DNA of 64,000 bases. Origin: Chrysomallon squamiferum. Lineage: Eukaryota; Animalia; Mollusca. The first letter of the stretch is position 1; every line of letters begins with the position of its first letter. Of the stretch, positions 15,011-28,511 are shown one piece after another. The position numbers and the translations under genes were made by a program. The DNA lies in contig CM022666.1 in NCBI GenBank assembly GCA_012295275.1, positions 186,001 through 250,000 of the forward strand, in the 5' to 3' direction. The notes under the pieces are model-generated. The model saw only the letters and a program-made list of their open reading frames with translations. It was not told the DNA's origin and did not search any database.

Positions 15011-16218
15011 ACTGCGAGACAAAGTCGAACAGACGGAGAGGAAGTCGGAGAAGGCGGACAAAAGTCCGTCTTTCTGACAGTCAGCTGAAAAATCTTCTGT
15101 CTGAGTCGGCTGGAAACTTTTCCCTCAGTATGTACAAAGTTTTATCACCCAGCTACAATAATTTTGTATTTTCTCCTATTGGTGTACAGATGGCGCTGTC
15201 GATGGCTTATTTATCAGCACGCGGGTCCACTGCACGTGAACTGCAGACGAGGCTAAACTTTATGAAAATGAAGACACCCAGAAATGTTCACAAAATTTTC
15301 CGTCGTTTAACCGATTCTTTGAGGTACGACGTGGGCAACGTGACTGTGAATGTTGTGAATGCAATGTACGTACACAGACCTGTCAGTCTGCGAAACAGAT
15401 TCGTTCGAAAGATGAGACGGTTTTACAAAGCACGAGTTAAGACGTTCGATTTCACACCGACTTCGGGTCCCGTGGCGAGCATAAACAAATGGGTTAAGAA
15501 AAAATCGAGAAGAAAAATAAAAGATTTTTTTTCACCGGACTCAATTTCTCCTCAAAGTTTGTTGGTTCTCATAAACGCGGTATATTTCCGAGGCGAATGG
15601 AAACAGCCGTTTGACGAAAACTCTACTTCTAAGGCTTTGTTTAAGTCAAGTCCGTCAGAGAGCATTTATACGGATATGATGGAAACTGAAGGGGACTTCA
15701 AGTCTAAACATATCTCGGCGCTGGCTTGTAAATCACTGGAGTTGCCGTATGCTGGGGGGAGATTTAGTCTGTTTATCCTTCTGCCGGATGCGAGTGGTTC
15801 TCTTGCCGATTTGGAAGAAAATTTAACAATAAACAAACTGGAAGAACTTCTAAACATCACCAATCAGCCAACCAGAATGCGAATTAGGTTACCGAAATTA
15901 AAACTCGAAATACCTATCCAGCTTAGAAGTGAAATACAGAAAATAGGCGTTGAAGAAATATTCAAAGCGAAAGCAGCCGAACTAACGGGAATTAACGGAA
16001 AACGACGAAGTCTCCATGTTGATTATGTAGCTCATAAATCATGTATAGAAATAGACGAAAGGGGAACGAACGGACAAAGTAGTTGGAAACCGTCGCTAAG
16101 ACTTTCACCCACAAATTCACCTTTATTTCACATAGATCGTCCATTTTTGTTTTTTGTGAGAGACAAAGAGTTTGCTATAAACTTGTTGATGGGAAAGTTC
16201 GTTCAGCCTTCTGGCTAA
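15011..16218 (+). CDS. Serpin 2, whole serpin fold in one exon; Arg-rich N-terminus, atypical hinge (probably non-inhibitory)
   Basis: Acceptor TTTTCAG at 15004-15010. Motifs NFVFSPIGVQMALSMAYLSARGST, INKWV, LINAVYFRGEW, LELPY, LFILLPD, IRLPKLKL, EIDERGT, FHIDRPFLFFVRD, LLMGKFVQP. AATAAA at ~16801 followed by a GT/T-rich tract. Confidence 0.93.
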
Positions 16219-17060
16219 ATTTATTGCCTTGCATAATAAAGAATGTTTTTTTTTTTTTTGTTTGACTCATGACTTGCTAGAGCAAACATTTTTTTTTTTA
16301 GATTCTTCAGACATTAGCTGGTTTAAGAATGAAATGGTATTGATATCTTTCTTTCATCTATGACTGACACAGCTTACTACTGTTTTTAATAAGAAAAAAC
16401 GAAATTAAAAAAATGTCCAATTTTCAACAGCTAAAGAGTAAGCTGTTTCGTGAATTAAACATTAACAAAAATTCTCCCTTTTGTTATTTCATACCTTGAC
16501 ATATGTAATATTTATATACAAATCACCAAAATAGAAAGCTAATGGTTAACCGGTTAGTCGAATATTTTCTTTCACTAACTGGAAAAGGTGCAGTTTTTGT
16601 ATGAAATGTTTTCTCCGACAGAAAAGAAGAATAAGCAATCACATTACAGTGTAAGTAGCCACATACATATACATATGCATGAACCTGTAGCCAATGATTC
16701 TGTTGTAAATTTGTAACTCAAGGAACCATTTTGTAAATCTGTGGTTTCAATGCAACGTTGATTTCTTATGAATCACATACGATAAGATGTTTGTTAACTA
16801 AATAAAAATCCCTAACATATTTGTTAGAAAAGTGGTGTTTCTTTCTTTGTAAAATTATTAAATAAGTGAATATTTGTTTCACGATGTAATATAATATAAT
16901 CTTCTTAATATCCTTTTTGTTTTTCAATAACAATAATAATCAATAAACATGAAACTGGCATTGATACATTAATACTATTACACAGACAATCACCACAAAG
17001 CACTTTTACCACTGGAGCTGGTCATCTTTACTAAATTTACTATGACTAATCATGATTAAC

Positions 17061-17141
<81 letters not shown>

Positions 17142-18002
17142 AATAAATAAATACGATTAAAAAATTATTCAATTTCTATAAAGTAAAACAAACTGAATGG
17201 ATTCGAAATAATCTTGATCAGTAATGTGTATGTCTGTTTTATGTACATGTACATATGTTTGAATGTATGTATATATTCATCGTGCATGTAAAATAGAAAG
17301 AAAGTAGTTTGAAAACAATGTAATTTATTTACAAACTTTTACATTAATTTAATCAATGTAACTGAAGTGGTATATTACTGTATTAACAATGAAAATTATA
17401 AAAGTTTCAAAACCAGGAACATGGTAAGTTTGTCACATTTTTTGTTTGTTTTTTTAAAAAAAAAACACACAAAAAAACCAACATAACAAAACAAACTTGA
17501 AAGAAACATTTGAACTGTGCAGCACGCAGAATAAAAGAAAAAGATATAAAAAATAAAGAAATAGCGTAATTTTATTGACTTTGAGCCAACTCAGTGTTAA
17601 TTCTCTGTTTATTTTTCTTGTCCTAGTGGAAATGAAAAAGTTCTTCAAGTCATCAAGTTAAAACTGATTATAAAAAACATTTCATCTACTTGTTATATTA
17701 TCTTCATTATCATCTAGAACGTACACAGATAATAACACCAATTCAGATAAAATTTCTTTAAAAAAGTAGTTTCACCAAAATACAGTGAAGTAGGCCTAAA
17801 AAGGTGTTTAGTTTTTTGCATTGCTCGTGAAAGTAATATAATTATTTTTAATTTATCTTCGTGTGTTCTGTCGTCTAAAGAATGTAAGCCTACATGAAGA
17901 ACAAAACGAAGAATGACAGTTCGATATTTGGCTTATTCAAATGAAGACTGATGTAAACTTTTTATTAGATTTCCATGACGATGATTTCTTGGTATCCGTG
18001 GA

Positions 18003-18243
18003 TCCATTTCACTAGATATCATTCGGTTTAACAAGAATAAACAGTCCATCTCGTACTTCAGTGTCCGTTTCATTAGATATCATTCGGTTTAATCAGAGTA
18101 AACAGTCCATCTTGTACTTCAGTGTCCGTTTCACTAGATATCATTCGGTTTAATCAGAGTAAACAGTCCGTCTTGTACTTCAGTGTCCGTTTCACTAGAT
18201 ATCATTCGGTTTAATAAGAGTAAACACTTCAGTGTCCGTTTCA
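18003..18243. repeat. ~4 copies of a 61-bp tandem repeat downstream of the receptor A stop codon (probably 3' UTR)
   Basis: Unit CAGTGTCCGTTTCACTAGATATCATTCGGTTTAATCAGAGTAAACAGTCCATCTTGTACTT; the pattern shifts 1 nt per 60-nt line, so the period is 61. Confidence 0.9.
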
Positions 18244-18726
18244 GGAATTCTGCTTTGTTTGTGTTTTGTCACAAAACGAGCACAACATCATGAAATTCTT
18301 ATATTGAATACATGTCACATGTCACAGGTTCTAATCTGCAAAATCTGTCGACGAAATATTCTTTCATAATGTACCCTTTTTCTATTATATGAAGACTTAT
18401 ATTTATATTTTTAATACAATCGTAAGCGAAAAATTCAGACTGCTTTCATAATGCAACCTTTTTCAGTTATATGAAGGTGTATATAGTTAGAAAAAGCTTG
18501 AATATCGATTCGTACACAATGCATCCTTTTCCTGTCATACCAGTGTGTGACTCTATAGTTGTAGTTACAATCGAAATAATCTGAATGCTACTATTTTAAA
18601 TGACAATGTTTTCTGCCATTTGCATATTTTAAGCAATATCTATAATACAGTAACTGACAGTAAAGTTAATTTCAAGCTACTGTCTCAAACATAATATGGC
18701 TCTCTAAAATTTTCAAGGTTTTCAGG

Positions 18727-18819
<93 letters not shown>

Positions 18820-18925
18820 AAATGACAAGTTAAAATGTTTATTTTTGAAAAATTAATGTTAAGGAACAAAACGACAGTCCTCTGTTCTGTTGGGCTCATT
18901 CAGTTCTGGGACTGGCTTCTTGTCA

Positions 18926-19076
18926 TCAGTACATGAGCGGTAAACTGATATCTGTCACAGAAAACATCAAAACAAAAATTAGAAAACTGTGCTTAACAGT
19001 ATTGTCTATTACACAGTACAGTGTTATAAAGTTATTATTATTGCTCTGTAATGTTAGTAAGTAACTAATTGGAGCT

Positions 19077-19115
<39 letters not shown>

Positions 19116-19159
19116 GACAGTTATAAAGAAAAAATTAATCAGATTTCTAAAGAATGCAC

Positions 19160-19190
<31 letters not shown>

Positions 19191-20381
19191 AATAAGTAAA
19201 AAGAACAAAGAAAAGAACAAAACAAATACTGAATAGGTGTCTGTTTGTGTGTCACGTGTACAATAAAATTATCAGTTATTATTATCACTAGTTTTGAGCA
19301 GTTAATATCAGAAAATGTTAGTGAACCAGAGATTACACTGGAACCTAACATCAACAACCTCTTCATTAGAACCTGAAGTCATTTATTATGGTGCTAATTT
19401 AATTTCAATTTTTCGGTGGTTCTCATTTTTTTTATTTTTTTTATTTTTTTATCTACTGCTTTAATCAGATAGTTTTGGATATGGCCCCCTTTTTATGTAC
19501 ATATAAAACAAATGAGAAAAGTACACTTACTATCATCCTCACTGCTTAAAAAAGAAAAAGAAAGAAAGAAAGAAAGAACAAAGAAGCAAACTTAAAAAAC
19601 CATTCAGAAGTATTTTCAAATATAACTGAATCTTTTCTTTGTAATTAATATAATATAATATTCAATTAAAAGATTAGATATTTTATATATATGTCTAAGG
19701 TATTTAAGGTGTGTGTGTGTATAGGAATTAGAAAACCAGGCACATATTTCTTGCTATATGTATTTAATTTATGAACTTATAGCTGGATCTCTTATGAGTG
19801 TCATTTAATTTGGTAGTTAATTTTGTTGTCGTTAATTCGCACTCTGTAACTGGTATTTGTACTCTCAAAAACTACCAATTTATTCTCCTTAATGATTTAT
19901 TAATTTGTTGAATAGTGAATTTATTGTCAGTAATTGTAAATGTATTTTTCATAATTATTTCAAACTTTGAGACATTTCTTAAATCACTGTCACTAATTAT
20001 GAATTAGTAATAGTATTTGCATATGCCTAGAATAACTTCAGAACTGGAGACAACAAAGTAAAAAAAATAATAATAATTCTTCGTTACCAACAATGAGAAG
20101 CTAAAAAACAACAACAAACATTCCAAAAGCATCTAGATAGAAATAAATAAATCCAAATAACAAGGAAATATCTACTTTTCAGTGCAGTTGTTTGTGAAAG
20201 GTCGATTTTATATTGTCTCAATAATTAACATGCAACTTTGTAACTTATACTTGTTATTTATTTTGTTAGGGATAATTCTACAGTTTACACCTGTAATTCT
20301 GATAAATTCAGCAGTCTATGTACAAATACCTCAAATAACTAAATAATTTCTGTCTACATATTACAATAGTTCTTCTTCTTC

Positions 20382-20412
<31 letters not shown>

Positions 20413-21342
20413 TTTATTTTCTTATTTCTTTCTTTTTCTATTTCTTATTATTTTCTTCTTATTATTATTATTACTTTTTTTTAAAGAAAATACTCACTTT
20501 TTGTTATTTGCTTCTACAAAAATAAGAAAAGAAAAATAATATCAATGTACAATAATGACTTCCCTTTATTTTCCAAATAATACCTACCAGTTGTATTTAA
20601 AAATAATGAGTGAATAATAATAAAGGCTATGAACAGCACTGGTATAGTGAAGACAACAAATTGTTTTTACTAATAACATAACAGTAACAATTACCAGTTG
20701 TTCACCTAAAAATAACAGAATAAAAATAAATAAATAAACAAATAAAATTTTTTTTTTTAGAAAAGAGTGTGAGAAGAAAAAAATATAATAAAAAAATAAA
20801 AATAAATAATAAATAAATCAAATAATAATAATGAAGAAGAAAAAGAAGAAGAATTAAAAAAATAAAACAAATCCTGCTGAAATACAGATAACAGTAATTG
20901 TGCACCCACTGCAATGTACACTTACCTTTATCATCTGTAATTCCACTGAAAAAAAACAAAAAAATATATATATTACAAAATCAAAAAGCCTCACCATACA
21001 TGAAAATATCAGTTTGGTTCACTGCGCACTCAAAGTCGCTTACTAATTTCCATATGTCATGTTTATATAGTATCACTAACAGTAATTATAATAATAATAA
21101 TAGTAATAATAATAAATAAATAAAACATCAAACAAATATAAAATATATTTTATAACACACACACTTTATCTAGGTATGTTTGTATCTAATCATGCATTTT
21201 TACCCACACATCCACACTCACATTGGTAACCAGACACTTCTGTCCAGATATTTTAATTATTAAAATATCTAACTGAGTGTACTTACCTTTTTTGATTTAA
21301 TTTTGCTAAAATAAAAACAAAAACAGGAATAATAATTATCTA

Positions 21343-21388
<46 letters not shown>

Positions 21389-23030
21389 TGTGGGTATGTT
21401 TTGCTTATTTTCACCTGATCAGTTTCCTAATAAGACAAAATGGTCCACTAATGATTGCTTTCATTTGTTTTCATAATAAAAACTGCATAACAGTGGTAGC
21501 TACTACAGTTTCCCTATACAGTAATAACAAAGTAAAACTATTGCATGCAGTGCTATGTACATGTGTAATACAACAGAAAAATGTACACTTACCACCGTCT
21601 TGTTCAGTTAGACTGAAAACCAAAGAAATAAGTAAAAAATAAAATAAATAATAATAAAAATAAAAAAAGAATAGGAAAGAAAAAGAAACTAGAAGCAGCT
21701 TAAAAATTATTCATATCTTTTTTACTCACTTTGACATGCACACACATGCATTCACCTCTGTCCTTCACACAAGAGAAAAAAAATTATATGTTAACTAGCA
21801 TGTCAATACAAGATAACATTTTATTAATTTTATAAATTAAAAGGTTCATACATATCACCCGTTTTGATGAAAAAATAGTTAATTTTCTGTTAGTATAAAG
21901 TTGTGAGAGAAAGAGAGAGAAATTAAAATATATACAGAGATTCACTGAATAGTTTCCATCCAAATATTTTAACAATTATTTAAAGCATTTACTTACTGTT
22001 TTTCACTCGATGATGCTAAAACAAGTAAGAAAAAATAAAACAGAAAGAAAAAACAACAAAACAGAACAAACTGGAAGTGAGAAACTGGCTTTAGATTGTC
22101 TTTCTTTCTACATATGTCTGACATAAATTTAGTTTTCGTAATAATAATGATGGCCACAGTTTTGCCAAAGAGAATATTACTCACTGTTTTCAGAAAAAAA
22201 AGTAACAATTATGCTCACCATTTCCTTGCAGTAAACAAGTGTAATACATTAGAGATGTAGACTTACCATCATCTTTTTTGAGGCTAGACAAAATTAACAT
22301 AAATTTATATATTAAATAACACATAATTTTATATATTAAAAGTAACCTATATATTTCTTGTTAGGAAAACTACTGATAATAAAACAATATAAAACAATAT
22401 TCAATGCAGTTTTTGTTTACTTAAATGGTTCAATATTGAAAATACTACTACAAGATTTCTTTAAAAACTGATTTTCTGGTGTTTGTGTCAGCATTTATCA
22501 GTTTTATAAAGTTGTATTAATGAACTAAATTAAAGAAATAAATAATTAATTGATGAATATACTTACTCTGTGTGACTTGTTGCTGTGAAAATAAAGAAAG
22601 AAAGAATAAAACAGAAACAAAAGAGAAAAACTGGAATCCACTAATTCACTTTAAACTATAGCTTTTGTTTTCTGCATACAGCTGACATAAACTTGTTTCA
22701 TTTCCATCCTTTTATTTTTATTTCATTTCTGTTTGCTTTTTGTTTTCCTAATAACAGTGATGACTACTGTTTTCCTAATGAGCATCTTATAGCAATAATG
22801 TTACAACTGTGTAAGTGAGTGTTAATAATAGTGACTACTCACTGTTTTCAGAATAATAAAATAAAAATGTTACCCATTGTTTTGCTAGTAATACCAGTTT
22901 AACAACTAAATAATAATAATGGTGCAATTGTTGCAATGTAGCTCTGTAATTAATTAGAAATGTACACTTACTAAAACCACCTTGTTTATTGAGGCTGAAA
23001 AACAACAAAAAAACCCAATAATAATAATAA

Positions 23031-23061
<31 letters not shown>

Positions 23062-24398
23062 AAGAAAAGAAAAAAAGTAAAAAGAAAAAAACAATAACAA
23101 AGTTATATATACGCATATACTCACACCCATACCAACACACATAAAATCTGTTAACTCAAACACAGTATGTATATCTGAGAATGTTTTAATCAAATACAAA
23201 TTTACATTTTAATCAGCAAGTCAGCATTAGATGTATTAAAATAATTAAAATAATTAAAAGTATACATAACAGACATTTATTTATATTACAAACTTTATTA
23301 CTTGTTGATATTTGCTCAAATTATTTAATAATTAAAATTTATCATTTGGGTAAGCATGCATCTAATTTGTGAGTGTCAGCTGCATATAGCATGACTGATA
23401 GTAATGATGATGATGATGATTATGATGATTATAACAATAACAATAACATATTAATAAAACCATATACTTAAACAACTAAATAATTTCTGTCCAAATATTT
23501 TAGTAGTTATATTAAAGAATATACTTACACCATTTGACTGTCTTCTTCTAAAAAAGGAAGATTTTGTCTTATTGATTCTATTAAAAAAAATCTAACTTTA
23601 TTCCTAACTGAATATGGTTCCTTTATTTGCAAATCTTTGTTTTCCTAAAAAAACATTCTGTATAATAGCAAATATTTTCCTAACAACAATAGTTACAAAC
23701 TGTTTTAACTACAGAGATAAATAAATAATGCCTACCTACTGTTTTTCAAATAAGAAAGAAATAAAACAATACATTGGCTACCAGTTGTTTTCCTAATATG
23801 ACTGCTGTAACAACCATTTCACTAACAACAGCAGTGTAACAGCAATGGCTTCTAATGGGTTTACTAATAAAAATAGTGTAGTAACAAAATAGCAGTAATC
23901 ATGCACCCCATGCAATGAACATATGAAAATAATCTACACTTACCCTCTTTACTGAAAAATAAGAGAAATTATGTATATTAAAACATGTTCATATATATTT
24001 TACTTATTCTATATTATGCTAGCATGTATATTTGTTGATCTATTAGTTTCAGTATATATGTATGTATATATGTTACAACTAATCATTGTGTCATCAGTCA
24101 CTGTATTGTCTAACAAGTAGTGCTGGTTTTAGCAGTAATAGTATTAGTATTGACACAAGTAATAGTGGCAACAATATAGTAATAATAAATGAATAAATAA
24201 TAAAACAAACAAACAATACAAAATAAATAAATAAATAAATTAATTAATTAAAAATTAAAGATAAACATTATAATGATTGAATAATACCTAATAAACAGCT
24301 GTTAGTTGTGTCCAGATATTTTACTAATTAACATGAAGAATATACTTACTTTTTTTGGCTTTCCTTTTCTAAAATAATAATAATAATAAAAAAAAAAA

Positions 24399-24443
<45 letters not shown>

Positions 24444-24843
24444 TATTATTATTATTATTATTAAAAATAAAATATATTTAGCACATTTAATAACAATAAA
24501 ATTAATTTATAATATAAAAGGAAACTGTTATATTAATTTTTATAATGAGGTCATTTATATCAAAGATATGTTAATGGTTAATAAAAATGAAATACATAAA
24601 TAAATAATGATTATTTGGAACCCATACAAAATTATCGATCTACCTACCTACCTATCTATCTATACATCTATCCGTTTATCTATGTATTTGTCTACCTATC
24701 TATCTGTGTGAAGGAATACAATTGTTTTTGTTTTTTTTTTCTCTAATTGTGGACTCAGTCTGTCAGGTATTTTTGTCTTTTTAAACACACGACATTAAAA
24801 CAGGAGCAAAAAGTTTGGATGAGTAACACGAAAATGTCTAATC

Positions 24844-24931
<88 letters not shown>

Positions 24932-25687
24932 AACCCACAGAGAGAAAGAGAGAGAGAGAGATTTTTGATTTGTTTTCTCTTTCAGGGGTGTTTGTTTAGA
25001 GAGGTTGATGAATTAATTACCTTTGGCAGCTTTAGATCTTCTGTAAAACATGGCAGCAGAAATTACAACAACAGCTATTAAAACGGGGATAATTAATGTT
25101 GAAAATGAAATTTTGGTACCTAGAAAAACAAAAATATTAATAATAAAATAAAATTCAGTGTATTAAATTAAAAATAAATAAATAAATATTAAATAAATAA
25201 ATAAATAGTAAAAAAAAATTATAATAAAAAAGAAGGATAATAATAATAAATATAATAGCAAACAATCAAACAAACAACTAAAACAACAGCAATAATAAAT
25301 TTGAAATAAATTTAAAGTTAACATATGCTTTAATTATAAATTTACTGAATGAAAAAACAACACAGGAAAACCAAAAGCAAATGAAATGAAAGTGTTCACT
25401 ATAATACTAGGTCCAAATGAATGAAAAAAAATAAATAAATAAATAAATAAATATATAAATTGAAAAAAAAGAAGTAAAAATAATAAATTACCACTATTTA
25501 GAGTAAAAGATCATTAATATAATAAAAAAAAAAAAAAAAAAAGTATTTATAACTAAGAAGGAAATAAATAGGGAAAGCCGATTTATAGACTTGACATAAA
25601 TAATAAAAATAGTAATTAAGAAAAAAGAAGAAAAAATCCCAAACGCAGTACTGACTACACAATGACACTACAAAATAGAAACAACAA

Positions 25688-25718
<31 letters not shown>

Positions 25719-25726
25719 GCTACTAC

Positions 25727-25779
<53 letters not shown>

Positions 25780-26519
25780 TTTTGGTAAAACGAAATACCT
25801 GGCGATTCAGAGTGTGGTTTTAACGAAGGCGCTGTAAATTAAAGAAAAAGGTAAAACATGAAAAAATTGTTTTGATCATACTCTGTTTATTCATATTATT
25901 CAAGCTTTTTGCACTTCATGTTATTTATTCGCAGTGGACTATACAAACAAACCCACATAATAAGCAGCAGAAGTTGCAATTGGAAAAAAACCCACACAAA
26001 CCCCTGTCCCCTCTAAAACCAACGTGAAATGATTCAAGTAAATTAATATACATAAAAGTAAAGGGTAAAATATGGAAAGATTTATAATTTCAGCAGTTTA
26101 TTTTCTTATACAAATATGTCAATAAGTTTTGATAGGTTTTTGACATACAATATTTCAGAGCCAGTTTATATTAATAAAATGAAAATACACTCTGAAAGCA
26201 GATTTAACTACATACAAGTTTCAAGTAAGTTTTCAAAATACTATTTCTGTGAAAAACGAAAGGAAAAGAAAGACAGACAGAAAGAAAAAACGATACTAAA
26301 TAAACAAAATAGAGTAAAATGACGCTTTCAAAGTTTCCGTTAGTGTTTTTCCTAGAGTGGTGACATCTGGTGTTCATAGACACAACTCGTAAATACAGAA
26401 CACATTACTCAGTCACGAAAGAATTAGACTTTTTAAAGCAAGAATTAGTTCCCTATGTAAACTAGTATTTGAAATAATTTTAAGAAATAGTATAAATGAC
26501 CGTTATTTATTTATTTTTA

Positions 26520-26599
<80 letters not shown>

Positions 26600-26709
26600 T
26601 TATTATCAAACGCACTTATTAAATAATATATATTGTTTCCTCACCATCTTTGAAAAATATGGCATTTAAAACTGAATATATAAAAAAGTGAATGCAACCA
26701 AAATGAAAT

Positions 26710-26740
<31 letters not shown>

Positions 26741-27343
26741 CATATATATTTACATATATAATGACACCTTGCATATTAAACTTCTGTGAACATAATTACG
26801 TGAAAGGACATTTAAACATAATAAACTCGTATTTACTTACACATAACATCCACCGTCTGAACAGCCTGAGCTAAAGACTTTTGGCCATTACTGTTAATGT
26901 AACTGACTTTACATTTATATAGTCCTGTGTCAGAGATTCTGATCTTTGTAAATGCCACTTGAAGAAAAGATTTTCTTTTGAACCTGTTCTCGATCTTTCC
27001 CACTGCTTTTGCTCTTAACGCTAAAGAAGGTTCCACCAGATAACCTTCACCTTTGTTTTTTAACGAATGCGCTTGAGCTATAGTACGATCTTCATCTCTG
27101 CTATTAAGGTTTCTTGTTATCGATAAATAATTTAGTATTTCAATATTTTTGGCATCAATGATAGTACAATTAATTTCCGTCGGCAATCCGTTTAAAATAT
27201 AAAAGGGCATTATTGAGATAAATGCTATGTCTCCTGTAAGTATACAAGTATGCATTCTAAAGTTAGTACTTGTAAAATTAAATAATTTGTTATAACAATT
27301 CGATTTTTTTTCTCTATCTGCAGTGATGATTTCACATCATCAT

Positions 27344-27406
<63 letters not shown>

Positions 27407-28460
27407 ACGTAATACTACTAACTGTATATAACAACAATAATAAAAATAATAATAATAATTATAATAATTACAATAATTATAATATACGTAATACTACTAT
27501 TACTGATACTGATGATGGTGATGATGATGATGATGATGATCACGATAATGATGATAATATAATAATAATGAAAATATTAATAATAATACACGTAATACTA
27601 TTACTAGTATATAACAACAACAACAATAATAATAATTATAATAATTATAATATACGTTTTACTACTACTACTGATACTTATAATAATAATGATGATGACG
27701 ATGATGATGATAATATAATAATAATGAAAATAATAATAATAATAATGAAGACAATAACAAAACATAAATTTATAAAATTATATTCTTAAATAATTCAAAT
27801 AGTCACAGAAGAATAAAAATATAAAAATATATAACATACAGACCTACAGTCAAAGGCTCAGCACTTGGAAGAGCTGGAAATGAAAGAAAACATGACAAGT
27901 TATACTGGCATTAACCGTGCCTGACTACTACAATATGAACACAGTGTTGTCCAGTCACTACACTTTAGATAGCACTGGCAACCGATTATACTGTAGTAAG
28001 ACTTCCAGGTATCAGTAATCATTACGTACAAGCTCCGACCACCAGGTTAATCCCACTGGTTAGGAAAAACAGACTCTTTCTCTGTCTAACTCTACAGCAC
28101 GATCTTTGTGAAGCAGAGTCACTGACATATTTTTCTAATCATTTTATCAGGAATATCTTAGAATGCAGATCGATATATTAGTATTTATAAAAAATAAAAA
28201 AATAAAAACTTTTCAAAATACAAAAATGAAATGTTTACAATAAATATAATAATATTTAAACCAGTATTTCCATAAAATGAGAACCCTCTGAAAACATAAT
28301 AAATAAAATATGTATAATTAATGTGAAAATATATAAAAGGGACAGGATAAGTAATTTAGAAAATTAAACAGTAGATACAAAACATATAAACACAAAGAAT
28401 GATAATAAATAAATAAATAAATAAATACATAAATAACAGTAATAATTTATTAATACTTCC

Positions 28461-28511
<51 letters not shown>

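Noticed and set aside
19306-19372. Alternative terminal exon for receptor A (SSNEEVVDVRFQCNLWFTNIF*)
   Set aside because: In frame, but its acceptor has a poor pyrimidine tract compared with the one at 18951; left out of the model, though cDNA could rescue it.
18926-25021. ITIM/ITAM motifs in the receptor A tail
   Set aside because: The modelled tail has only a juxtamembrane Tyr and a terminal Tyr (ISLPLMY*); no YxxL/V motif is present.
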